Below, in pieces: positions 1 to 9,084 of a stretch of 64,000 bases of DNA. The notes under the pieces are model-generated. The model searched no databases. It saw only the letters and a list, made by a program, of their open reading frames with translations, and was not told the origin of the DNA. Position 1 is the stretch's first letter, and the number at the start of each line of letters is the position of its first letter. A program made the translations under genes and the position numbers. This DNA comes from a bacterium (GTDB lineage: Bacteria > Bacteroidota > Ignavibacteria > UBA10030), in NCBI GenBank assembly GCA_043803945.1, contig JAZDJN010000016.1, positions 192,001 to 256,000 of the forward strand. The letters are read 5' to 3'.

Positions 1-629
1 ATAAGCGGATTTTTCAGCATAAGGGAATACTGCCGCTGTGAAAAGTGGACCAGCGAATCACCAAGAATTGTGAGATTATTCTCAGGAGAATATACCTTGA
101 CATTTCTCACCGCGATAGACTTCTCCTCTTCCTCAAAGAAAACCAGATCATTGCAATCAGTTGATGATGTTGAATCGACAACGTGAATGTTCCCCGAAAA
201 ATGGGCACGCTTCTCCCTGACATAATACTCGCCGTACGCTGCCGTGAGAGTTATTTTCCCTTTCTCCAGACGGACGTGCTTCTTCATTTCAGCCCGGCGA
301 TCATTACCAAAGTATTCCCCTTCCGGCGCATACAGCACCACACTATCACGGATAATCTTGACTTTGCCAAACAACTCCATTCTGTTTTCATCCATATATT
401 GAAATGCGGTATCACACCAAGCTTCAATCGTCTCCTCTGGAGCACGCTGAATGAAATGAACGTTTCCAATTAATACCCGTACCTCCTGATCTTTGACGAC
501 CTTGACATGATAGAGGTCTGCCGACTTTAATTCGATAATTCGCCCCTCCTGTGCAAGCAGCGGCGTTATCAGGCAGAGAACTACGATTGCCAGCGAGATT
601 ACTCTATGAGAACCAATCGCTCTCCCCAT
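1..629 (-). CDS. OstA/LptA-like periplasmic LPS transport protein (3' end runs out of the window)
   Basis: Not in the ORF track; translated by hand: MGRAIGSHRVISLAIVVLCLITPLLAQEGRIIELKSAD...LIGNVHFIQ...WCDTAFQY...LFGKVKIIRDSV...AHFSGNIHVVD. Signal peptide plus repeated beta-jellyroll GNV-type motifs, directly downstream of lptC. An alternative in-frame ATG lies at 671. Confidence 0.75.
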   Translation of the reverse strand, partial: MGRAIGSHRVISLAIVVLCLITPLLAQEGRIIELKSADLYHVKVVKDQEVRVLIGNVHFIQRAPEETIEAWCDTAFQYMDENRMELFGKVKIIRDSVVLYAPEGEYFGNDRRAEMKKHVRLEKGKITLTAAYGEYYVREKRAHFSGNIHVVDSTSSTDCNDLVFFEEEEKSIAVRNVKVYSPENNLTILGDSLVHFSQRQYSLMLKNPL

Positions 630-682
630 TCGATTTCGACACTGTCGATATGTTCTGAACCAGTGTTCCATTGCAGTACGCT

Positions 683-1231
683 CTAGCGGGCCTTTGAAGT
701 ACCGGACACCTGAAATATTTTGTAGTTCTTCAAGGATTGATCCGACTCGAATCCTTTTCCATTGATTCTTTCTGTGGGCGATACAATAAGCACCTCCTCC
801 GGAGTATGAATCAATTCCTTCCGATTATCCCAAAAGAGCTGAACAGTATACAGCGTGGTACTATCTTTCGAGGATACAACTACATTTCCCTGGGCGGTGA
901 TGTTATTGGTCAGATCATCGACCCTGCCATCTTGGGCGGTCATGATCGATCCTTCCTTCCCGCGGAAATCATAGAATTGGATTTTCACTCCTTCACTGAA
1001 AAGAGTAATCTTTGGACTTTCATATTTTCGTATGTAACCTGCGGTAATGAGAGCCCGCAATCGTCCTGAATCGGATAATGCAATGGTACTCATCCAGCTT
1101 TCTTGACTGGGCATATTCTTACTCTCCAGGCCAGGGATAACCGCAGGTTTTATTTTCTCTTCACAGGAAGAACAGAATAAGACAAGAAAAGTACAGCAAA
1201 GAAAAATGCCGGTGCGGATGGGAGATCTCAT
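683..1231 (-). CDS. lptC: LPS export ABC transporter periplasmic protein LptC (lipoprotein-like)
   Basis: Lipobox-like FCSSC; LptC-type segments (A.GNVVV..., LYT.QLFWD...IHT, G.GFESDQ.L..YKI); follows kdsD. Confidence 0.85.
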   Translation of the reverse strand: MRSPIRTGIFLCCTFLVLFCSSCEEKIKPAVIPGLESKNMPSQESWMSTIALSDSGRLRALITAGYIRKYESPKITLFSEGVKIQFYDFRGKEGSIMTAQDGRVDDLTNNITAQGNVVVSSKDSTTLYTVQLFWDNRKELIHTPEEVLIVSPTERINGKGFESDQSLKNYKIFQVSGTSKAR

Positions 1232-2208
1232 CCTACTGTATCTCCACCAATTCCTGCTTTGACAAGGTCATGTAAATGGATCATGCCGATGGGCGCGTTT
1301 CGTTCGTCCACAACAATAAGCTGGGTAATATTGTAGCCTTCCATTTCCTCAAGTGCAGAGGCAGCTAATAATTCCTTTCTGATCGTCTTGGGATTTTTTG
1401 ACATTGCCTGCGCGGCAGTAACATTCGTTACATCGCTCGTTCGCTGCAACAAACGGCGCAGGTCTCCATCAGTGATAATCCCAGCAAGCTGACCGGCCTC
1501 ATCCACCACACAAGTGGCTCCGAGTCGTTTTGTCGTCATTACGACAATCGCCTCGGATAATGGCACTGAGGAAGGCACACAAGGCACATCCTGGCCAGAA
1601 ACCATGAGTTCTTCAATCCGCAGCAACAAGCGTCTCCCAAGATTCCCCCCGGGGTGGAACAGAGCAAAATCTTCTTTTGTGAATTGGCGTTTCTTCAAGA
1701 GGACAATCGCGAGCGCATCTCCCATGACCAGGGTTGCGGTTGTCGATGCGGTAGGAGCAAGATCGTGCGGACAAGCTTCCTCCGGTACGCTGACATCAAG
1801 CACGATATCACTTTCCTGTGCCAGATGAGAATTCTTCACTCCTACCATCGAGATAATTTTGACGCCAATACGTCTCAACATCGGCGTTAACTGTCGCAAT
1901 TCCTGCGTCTCTCCGCTTTTCGAGAGGCAGATAACAACATCTTCTTTTCTTACTATTCCCAGGTCACCATGGATTGCATCAGCAGGATGAAGAAACACCG
2001 CCGGTGTCCCAGTCGAATTCATTGTGGCAACTATTTTTCGTGCCACGAGACCAGACTTTCCCATCCCTGTTACAATCACACGCCCGGAACTCTGTAAAAT
2101 CAGATCAATCGCAGCGCTAAAATTCTCGTCGATTTTCGATAGAAGTCCCACAATCGCTTCCAGTTCAATCCGAACAACCTCTTTACCAGCCTCACTTGAA
2201 GACTTCAT
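1228..2208 (-). CDS. kdsD: Arabinose-5-phosphate isomerase, KpsF/GutQ family (SIS + CBS pair)
   Basis: GMGKSG, HGDLG, EACPHDLAPTAST, FHPGGNLG motifs; C-terminal CBS domains. Confidence 0.95.
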   Translation of the reverse strand: MKSSSEAGKEVVRIELEAIVGLLSKIDENFSAAIDLILQSSGRVIVTGMGKSGLVARKIVATMNSTGTPAVFLHPADAIHGDLGIVRKEDVVICLSKSGETQELRQLTPMLRRIGVKIISMVGVKNSHLAQESDIVLDVSVPEEACPHDLAPTASTTATLVMGDALAIVLLKKRQFTKEDFALFHPGGNLGRRLLLRIEELMVSGQDVPCVPSSVPLSEAIVVMTTKRLGATCVVDEAGQLAGIITDGDLRRLLQRTSDVTNVTAAQAMSKNPKTIRKELLAASALEEMEGYNITQLIVVDERNAPIGMIHLHDLVKAGIGGDTVG

Positions 2209-2252
2209 AAAGAATCCTCATTTTCATTTCGATCTTTCATTCTTCCAACGGT

Positions 2253-2771
2253 TCACACTTTCTTTCGGGGAGGTGCCTGTGCGTCCAGGATCAAATCGAT
2301 GAGTTCCCGTACAGCGCCATCCCCGCCCACTCGCCTGCAAACATACTGAACGACATGCTTGACACGGGGTACCGCATCGGAGGGTGCAGCAGAAACTCCC
2401 ACCCGTTGCAGCACGGGAATGTCAAACTCATCATCGCCGATGTAGGCGATCTCTTGATCCTCCAATGCATACTTCCTTTTTACATCTTCATAGGGCCCGA
2501 TCTTCTCTTCTGCATTTTGATAGACATCGATAATTCCAAGCTGCCTTGCCCGTCTATCCACGATGGGGGAATTGCGACCCGTAATGATTCCCACTCGTAC
2601 TCCTGCTCGTTGGAGTTTCACGATCCCGTACCCATCTTTTGTGTTGAACTTCTTTAACTCTTCCCCGGCAGCGGAATAGTACACTCCACCATCCGTCATC
2701 ACGCCATCAACATCGAGGAGAACGAGCTTAATCTTTTTCAGGGCAGAACGATATAGTTGTTTTGACCGCAA
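2253..2771 (-). CDS. kdsC: KDO 8-phosphate phosphatase (HAD family)
   Basis: DVDGVMTDG, FNTKDGYG, IGDD..D, GG.GAVRE motifs. Confidence 0.95.
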   Translation of the reverse strand: MRSKQLYRSALKKIKLVLLDVDGVMTDGGVYYSAAGEELKKFNTKDGYGIVKLQRAGVRVGIITGRNSPIVDRRARQLGIIDVYQNAEEKIGPYEDVKRKYALEDQEIAYIGDDEFDIPVLQRVGVSAAPSDAVPRVKHVVQYVCRRVGGDGAVRELIDLILDAQAPPRKKV

Positions 2772-2786
2772 CTGGTTGGGAAAGAG

Positions 2787-3620
2787 TTAGAATGTTTTTG
2801 TTCTAATGCTCCGTACAGCAGCATCAATAGCAAGAACCTGTTTCAACAGATCGCCGAGCAAATCCAATGGCAATTGGCTAGCCGCATCGCTCAGCGCTCG
2901 TGAGGGGTCAGGATGAGTTTCAATAAAGAGTGCATCGCAACCTGCAGCCACTCCGGCCCGGGCGATCGGGAAGATAAACTCGGGCTGCCCTCCACTTCGA
3001 GAACCTTCTCCCCCAGGAAGCTGGACAGAATGCGTTGCGTCCATCACAACCGGGTATCCAGTGCGACGCATAATGGGCAATGAACGCATATCGACAACCA
3101 GGTTATGATAGCCAAATGTTGTTCCGCGCTCAGTCAACAAGATTTTTTTATTCCCAGTATCTTCAACCTTTTGGGCTGCCAATCGCATATCCTCAGGTGC
3201 CGCAAACTGCCCTTTTTTAATATTGACAACCTTGCCTGTCGCTCCAGCAGCCTGCAGGAGCTCAGTCTGCCGGCAAAGAAACGCCGGTATTTGGAGAACA
3301 TCGGCAACATCCGCAGCAGCGCTGACCTCTTCGACAGAGTGGACATCTGTGAGGATAGGGATTCCGAACTCGTCATGAACCTCTTTCAGAATGCTGAGTG
3401 CTTCATGCATGCCGATGGTGATAAAGGAACTGCCGGAGGACCGATTTGCTTTTTTATACGAGGATTTGAAAATCCAGGATATTCCCTGCTGGGTTGCGAG
3501 ACGATCGATCTTCTGGGCGGTTCGGAGGATCGTACTTCGACTCTCAACGACACAGGGGCCAGCAATCAGCACGAGGGGAGAACCTCCTCCGATGACGACC
3601 TTCCCAACTCGAACCTTCAT
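2787..3620 (-). CDS. kdsA: KDO 8-phosphate synthase
   Basis: AGPCVVES, KANRSS, QIPAFLCRQT, KKGQF, DATHSVQLPG motifs; start placed at MKVRVG (3620), the track extends it to 3659. Confidence 0.95.
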   Translation of the reverse strand: MKVRVGKVVIGGGSPLVLIAGPCVVESRSTILRTAQKIDRLATQQGISWIFKSSYKKANRSSGSSFITIGMHEALSILKEVHDEFGIPILTDVHSVEEVSAAADVADVLQIPAFLCRQTELLQAAGATGKVVNIKKGQFAAPEDMRLAAQKVEDTGNKKILLTERGTTFGYHNLVVDMRSLPIMRRTGYPVVMDATHSVQLPGGEGSRSGGQPEFIFPIARAGVAAGCDALFIETHPDPSRALSDAASQLPLDLLGDLLKQVLAIDAAVRSIRTKTF

Positions 3621-3709
3621 CGTTGCATCCTCACTATTGATTTCATTATTTTGTTTCAACCTACAAAAATTTGGCGGAAAATCAAAGCTGATGATCCGGG
3701 CCTGTCCTG

Positions 3710-3738
3710 TTGCATCTCCCTCGTTATTGCAGTATTTT
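3710..3738 (+). promoter_or_regulatory. sigma70-type promoter for ispE
   Basis: TTGCAT-N17-TATTTT. Confidence 0.6.
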
Positions 3739-3761
3739 TGAATTGATAAATCAATCAGGTT

Positions 3762-4619
3762 ATGGAACTTCGCTCTTACGCAAAAATCAATCTAGGACTT
3801 CGTATTCTTCGAAAGCGTCCCGACGGGTATCATGATATTGAGACGGTCTTTCGCCCAATTGATTTCTTTGATGAAATATCCATGTGGCAGTCGGACGAGA
3901 ATATTCTCTTCAGCACAGACAATCCATCTCTCCCAACAGATCAATCGAATTTGTGCGTTCGTGCAGCGATGATGCTCCAGGAATTAACCGGGTCGCATCT
4001 TGGTGTTGAAATCCGTCTGAGAAAACGTATACCCATCGGGGCAGGCCTTGGAGGCGGCAGCAGTAATGCTGCAACTGTCCTGACCGGTCTTATTCGGCTC
4101 TGGAATTTAGAGATGACACAAAAAGAACTGATCTCCATCAGCGGCCACTTGGGCTCTGATGTTCCCTACTTCATCCTTGGCAAATCGGCATATGCGACGG
4201 GAAAAGGAGAACAATTGTCCATGCTCCCATTAACCTTTCCATACTGGATTGTCACGGTAACACCCTCCATCCAGGTTTCTACGGTGTGGGCATACAAGCA
4301 CTGTACTCCAAGTCAGGAAGGAACTCAGGTCTCTCTGCGAGAATCGCTTTTGAAAGCCTCCGGTGACCTTTCACAGCTCGATCATGTCTTACGCAATGAT
4401 TTTGAACATGTCGTCTATCCTGCCTTTCCAGAGATTCGATTGCTGCGAGATTCGTTGGAAGCCCTTGGAGCCTTTACGGTTCATCTGAGCGGCAGCGGTT
4501 CATCAGTTTTCGGTCTCTTTACAAGTGAATCTTCCGCCTCACAGGCAATGCAGCAACTTTCAGGATTGCACACAGTGACTCTTACCAGACCTCATTTCAC
4601 GCCAGTCTTGCCTGACTAA
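3762..4619 (+). CDS. ispE: 4-diphosphocytidyl-2-C-methyl-D-erythritol kinase
   Basis: AKINLGL, DGYHDIET, IPIGAGLGGGSSNAA, GSDVP, LSGSGSS motifs. Confidence 0.96.
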   Translation: MELRSYAKINLGLRILRKRPDGYHDIETVFRPIDFFDEISMWQSDENILFSTDNPSLPTDQSNLCVRAAMMLQELTGSHLGVEIRLRKRIPIGAGLGGGSSNAATVLTGLIRLWNLEMTQKELISISGHLGSDVPYFILGKSAYATGKGEQLSMLPLTFPYWIVTVTPSIQVSTVWAYKHCTPSQEGTQVSLRESLLKASGDLSQLDHVLRNDFEHVVYPAFPEIRLLRDSLEALGAFTVHLSGSGSSVFGLFTSESSASQAMQQLSGLHTVTLTRPHFTPVLPD

Positions 4620-4629
4620 CAACACGACC

Positions 4630-6606
4630 TTGAACCATAACGTCTCTGCACGAAATAAGGTTAAAGTTTTTTTCACTCTGCTTCTAGGGGCCTCACTTCT
4701 TTACTTTCCCTTGATGAGTCAACAAGTATCCTCGGCCTCAACCGCACGTGATACGTCGAAGGCGTCAACTCCAGATTCTCTTGAACAGATCTTCATCCCT
4801 TCGATGGGCAGCGCCTCGTTCCGAGCCGACTCCAATTCAATGCTTCATAGTACCCGTTTCATTGCACTGGATGCACTTACTCCAACTGGCCTCTTATCGC
4901 ATTATACCACACTCTTCTTCAGGGAGATAGGCAGTCCGGGGCAAACGACCGAGACTGTAGCTCAGGGAAATGACACTCGGTCGGTCTCATTTCTCCTCGA
5001 TGGCAGACCAATGAACGATCCAATCAATGGACAACTATCCCTGGAAAAAATCCCGCTGGAGTATGTCGATGAGATCGAAATTCTCTCTGGAGCACTCTCG
5101 TCATTCTGGGCAGCCAATGGTGTTGGATCGTCACTGAACTTCGTTTCTCATCAATACAATACACCCCGTCCGCTAACGAAGTTCAAGTTTCACCAGGGGT
5201 CCTTCGAACATATCGTCACAGATGTGCTTTTCAGTCAAAATGTGGCAAGAGGGCTGAATGCCATGGTTGGCATTCAGCGACAGGTAACCGACGGCCGTTT
5301 TCCTAATTCAAAATATGATTCCTGGAATCTTCGTACAAGACTTCGGTATAATCCTTCAAGGAAACTCAACCTCTGGTTCAGCGACCTTTACAATAAGCAT
5401 ACGACCGGCCTCAATCATGGCATCGACCGAAAAAAGAACACATTCCTGTACGACGAATTAACCTCTACTGTCGTTAACAGTACGGCATCAGAGAACTCCA
5501 CTGAACGTGATCTCACGTTGAATGCCCTCGCACGCGCATTTGATGACTCGACTTGGATCACCAGGGGTTCCCTTTACTACTCAGTGAAAGAACGAGAATA
5601 TCACGACCCGATGTTGTCGATGAAAAAATTCGTTCATTCAAACTACTGGGGGGGACAGCTTGACCAGCAATTCAAAAAATCATTTCTAACAGCAGCGATT
5701 GGTTTTGATGTGCAGCAGCGTAACGTTACAGAAAGCAACATTTTCGAATCGATTCGAGAAACCTACACCGCGTTCAAAGCCAAAATCGACCTTTTCCCCG
5801 ACGAAGCGCAAAGTATTCATGCTTTCGGTCGGTATGAACATCTCCGGTCGGAATCATATTTCTCATGGGGGGGAGAATTGAGCTCCCAGATAGCCGAACA
5901 ACTGACAGCAACAGCCGGATATTCAAGAGCACTCCGCCTTCCCACGATATTTGAGCGATACGCCATCGATTCACTTGTCATCCTCCAAAAACCACTCAAT
6001 CCGGAAATGCATTCTGCATTCAATCTGAAACTGCGATGGACGATTTCACCATCACTTCGAGCCACGCTGACCGCATTTGACAGAACGATTCACGATGCTA
6101 TCTTCTACCAGGCACTCCCCAGGGATTCATTTCCTTCCACACTCCTGATCAAGTCATCGAACAGTATTCATCACTTTGGAGTCGATCTCGAATTCCTTAT
6201 TCACTTCTGGAAGTTTGACCTCGTTCTGCTCGGATCATACCTTACCACACAACAAAACGAAGTCAATGCGATTCTGATACCTCGGTATCGAGTACGGGGA
6301 GAACTGACGTATAGTGAGATATTCTTTAATGGAGCATTGGATGGAAAAATTGGAATTCGAGGACTGGCGATAAGCAAACACCAGAGTTATGCATTTCTTC
6401 CTCATTTCGATTTCTATGCAGCTCTTCCATCTCTCACCATGAATCCTCTCAGTACTTTTGATCTTTTCGCCGCAGCAAAACTTGGAGATGCTTATCTGAC
6501 TTTTGTTATGGAAAATCCCCTCAATATCAATACCATGGTTACCCCCTACTACCCGATGCCGGGAAGAACCATCCGGTTTGGTGTCAACTGGAAATTTCTG
6601 GATTAA
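4630..6606 (+). CDS. Outer-membrane beta-barrel with TonB-receptor-like plug (putative porin-type C-terminus)
   Basis: Signal peptide; plug motif LLDGRPMND...LEKIPLEYVDEIEI; C-terminal YYPMPGRTIRFGVNWKFLD barrel signature. Confidence 0.75.
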   Translation: MNHNVSARNKVKVFFTLLLGASLLYFPLMSQQVSSASTARDTSKASTPDSLEQIFIPSMGSASFRADSNSMLHSTRFIALDALTPTGLLSHYTTLFFREIGSPGQTTETVAQGNDTRSVSFLLDGRPMNDPINGQLSLEKIPLEYVDEIEILSGALSSFWAANGVGSSLNFVSHQYNTPRPLTKFKFHQGSFEHIVTDVLFSQNVARGLNAMVGIQRQVTDGRFPNSKYDSWNLRTRLRYNPSRKLNLWFSDLYNKHTTGLNHGIDRKKNTFLYDELTSTVVNSTASENSTERDLTLNALARAFDDSTWITRGSLYYSVKEREYHDPMLSMKKFVHSNYWGGQLDQQFKKSFLTAAIGFDVQQRNVTESNIFESIRETYTAFKAKIDLFPDEAQSIHAFGRYEHLRSESYFSWGGELSSQIAEQLTATAGYSRALRLPTIFERYAIDSLVILQKPLNPEMHSAFNLKLRWTISPSLRATLTAFDRTIHDAIFYQALPRDSFPSTLLIKSSNSIHHFGVDLEFLIHFWKFDLVLLGSYLTTQQNEVNAILIPRYRVRGELTYSEIFFNGALDGKIGIRGLAISKHQSYAFLPHFDFYAALPSLTMNPLSTFDLFAAAKLGDAYLTFVMENPLNINTMVTPYYPMPGRTIRFGVNWKFLD

Positions 6607-6610
6607 ACAC

Positions 6611-7144
6611 ATGCGCAAAATCATCTCGATCTTTGGCAGTTCACGCCCAGTAGAGGGTGATAATGAATATACAGAAGCCTTTTCTGTGGGCGAGCATCTT
6701 GCCCGCGCAGAATTCACAATCTGTAACGGTGGTTACGGCGGGATTATGGAAGCATCGGCACGGGGGGCGAAGCTTGCAGGCGGCAGCACCATTGGCATCA
6801 TCTCGTCTATTTTTCACCGAACTGCAAATCGATGGATGGACGAGACCATCCAGACACAATCGCTCGTTGAGCGTTTGCTGATGCTTGTGAACAAAGCGGA
6901 TGGGTACGTGGTACTGAAAGGCGGAACGGGAACACTCCTCGAATTAGCCTATGTTTGGGAAATCATCAACAAGCGAATGATCGACGAAAAACCTATTGTG
7001 CTTGTCGGTGATTTTTGGAGCGGTGTCGTAGAAACATTGAGGAATGAATTGATGTGGGAAGGTTTGGGAGATTGTACCAGCTTCATTCACGAGGTTGGTA
7101 CTCCCGAAGCATGTGCCGCTTTCTTAAAGGAACGGATCGGATAG
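6611..7144 (+). CDS. LOG-family (Rossmann-fold nucleotide-binding) protein
   Basis: ISIFGSS, GGYGGIMEA, GGTGTLLE motifs; ATG at 6611 just after the upstream stop. Confidence 0.85.
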   Translation: MRKIISIFGSSRPVEGDNEYTEAFSVGEHLARAEFTICNGGYGGIMEASARGAKLAGGSTIGIISSIFHRTANRWMDETIQTQSLVERLLMLVNKADGYVVLKGGTGTLLELAYVWEIINKRMIDEKPIVLVGDFWSGVVETLRNELMWEGLGDCTSFIHEVGTPEACAAFLKERIG

Positions 7145-7170
7145 GATCGTCGTTAGATTGGTCAAGGGGG

Positions 7171-8283
7171 TCACCGTTTCTCCTTGATCACTTGTTCCAT
7201 CACGTCGAGCATCTTTTGAGTAGAGTCTTCCCAATTGAAGGAATGGGCCCACTGGAGCGACTGTTCGCTTAATCTATTGCGAAGATGCTCATCCCGAAGT
7301 ACGAGAAGAATTTTCTCAGCCAATTGCTCAATATTTCCATACTCATAAAGGAATCCCGTTTTCTCATCGATAACGGAATCACGCAATCCTGGCACATCGC
7401 TGGCAATAACCGGAACACCGCAAGCATTTGCTTCAATAACCGTTAGCCCCCAGCCCTCCTTCACGGAGCAATTGACTATGACATCCATCCGATTTAACAG
7501 GCGTACTTTTTCCTGTGCTGCAACATGACCGGTGAACTGGACAGCGCGTTCGATTTTTAAATCCTTTGTTAGCCGTTCTAATTCTTGCCTGGCGTCTCCA
7601 TCGCCGATAATCATCAATTTTGCCTGTGGAACTTCGCCAAGCACAATTTTAAACGCTTTGAGTAAATGGTCGATGCTCTTATATTTCTTTATTCTGCCAA
7701 GACTTCCTAATAAGAAATTATCCTTCTCGGATCCGGGTATGGGATGGTATAAAGTATGATCCACGCAGTTCTGTACGATAAAGAGATTATCAGCACTGAA
7801 ACCATATCCGATCAATTCCTGTTTTGTGCTTTCTGAAACCACAGCGATAGGGGTTGTGCGATACACTTTCGTAGCACGCCGCTCGGCAAGCGCAACATAC
7901 AACGCTGCGGGAAGAGACGTTTCAAGAAAGATACTTTGCCCGAAGAGGTGATGGACTATTCCGACAAGCGGTTCTTGAATAAATTGAGGAGTGTAGAATG
8001 GGATCTTATTGATATCATCCACTACGATATCATAACCTTCATGACGAAATTGTTTCCGATATCGCGGCGCAACAGTGAAGTTGAAAAGATTCCGCGAGCC
8101 GCTCCGGATTACTCGAATGCCATCGATCACTTCTTCCTTAAGAGCACCGCGATAGTGACAGCAATACAGAGTGACCGCATGCCCTTTAGCCACTATCCTC
8201 TTAAAGATCTCGTGTAATTGCACTTCCGCACCACCGGCAAACGGATTGTTGATATCCTGCCAATTCAGAACGAGGATTTTCAT
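7171..8283 (-). CDS. Glycosyltransferase family 4
   Basis: WQDINNPFAGGAEV N-terminus; SVKEGWGLTVIEANACGVPVIASDVPGL GT-B motif. Confidence 0.9.
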   Translation of the reverse strand: MKILVLNWQDINNPFAGGAEVQLHEIFKRIVAKGHAVTLYCCHYRGALKEEVIDGIRVIRSGSRNLFNFTVAPRYRKQFRHEGYDIVVDDINKIPFYTPQFIQEPLVGIVHHLFGQSIFLETSLPAALYVALAERRATKVYRTTPIAVVSESTKQELIGYGFSADNLFIVQNCVDHTLYHPIPGSEKDNFLLGSLGRIKKYKSIDHLLKAFKIVLGEVPQAKLMIIGDGDARQELERLTKDLKIERAVQFTGHVAAQEKVRLLNRMDVIVNCSVKEGWGLTVIEANACGVPVIASDVPGLRDSVIDEKTGFLYEYGNIEQLAEKILLVLRDEHLRNRLSEQSLQWAHSFNWEDSTQKMLDVMEQVIKEKR

Positions 8284-8284
8284 C

Positions 8285-9082
8285 TCAGGCTTTCTTCTTC
8301 CCAATCACACCGATGTCCATGCCGGTATAGCGTGGCATAATTGTTTTATGCAGCACACTGCGAATCTTTAGTCTTATATCCGTCAATCGTGGAAATGGCC
8401 GTGGATACAAAGGGAGTTGGATTCCGACCTTTTTCCCAACCTCGCGGAGAACTCGATAGTAGAAACTGGGATACATCCACTCACCATAGCAATGTACTGG
8501 CTCAAGCCCTTGCATTCGAAACAACTTCTTCAATTCAGGGACCGAGAACGATCTCTCCCATTCGACAAACCATTTCCCTACTGCAATCAAGAAAAACTTC
8601 GTCAAGGCATATGGATGAACCCGCTGCGGGACATCCACAAGAAGATATCCTCCTGGTTTAATGACTCTAATGTTTTCTCTCAATAGCGCATCAGCTTGAG
8701 TCTTATGGAAATGTTCCAGCAATCCTTGATGAAAAACAATATCGAAGCATTCATCTCGAAATGGTAAATTAAAAGCATCTCCGCCGATAATTTCCACCTC
8801 AACCTTTTGTTCAGCAGCAATGGATTGAAGAATGCGGAGGGAATTCTCGGCATAATCGAGTTGATAAATCGTTGCCCCAACTCGAATCATAGCAAAGCTA
8901 TCGCGGCCGGTTCCCGCTCCAATTTCAAGTATCTTTTTCCCTTTCAAGGAAGTGACGAGAGATAGATTCTTCAGAACGCGGCCAGCATTTGAATACACAT
9001 GCTCGACATCTTTCTTTTCTTCCCAAACAGTCTCCCACTCTTCGCGCTTGACAATGTTCTGATTCGGGCTTCCTCCTGACAT
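8285..9082 (-). CDS. Class I SAM-dependent methyltransferase
   Basis: ILEIGAGTG motif I; GDAFNLPF...FDIVFHQGLLEHF; IKPGG. Confidence 0.9.
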   Translation of the reverse strand: MSGGSPNQNIVKREEWETVWEEKKDVEHVYSNAGRVLKNLSLVTSLKGKKILEIGAGTGRDSFAMIRVGATIYQLDYAENSLRILQSIAAEQKVEVEIIGGDAFNLPFRDECFDIVFHQGLLEHFHKTQADALLRENIRVIKPGGYLLVDVPQRVHPYALTKFFLIAVGKWFVEWERSFSVPELKKLFRMQGLEPVHCYGEWMYPSFYYRVLREVGKKVGIQLPLYPRPFPRLTDIRLKIRSVLHKTIMPRYTGMDIGVIGKKKA

Positions 9083-9084
9083 CC

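Noticed and set aside
3105-3746. 213-aa plus-strand ORF and many similar antisense ORFs in the track
   Set aside because: Shadows of well-supported genes on the opposite strand, with no motifs.
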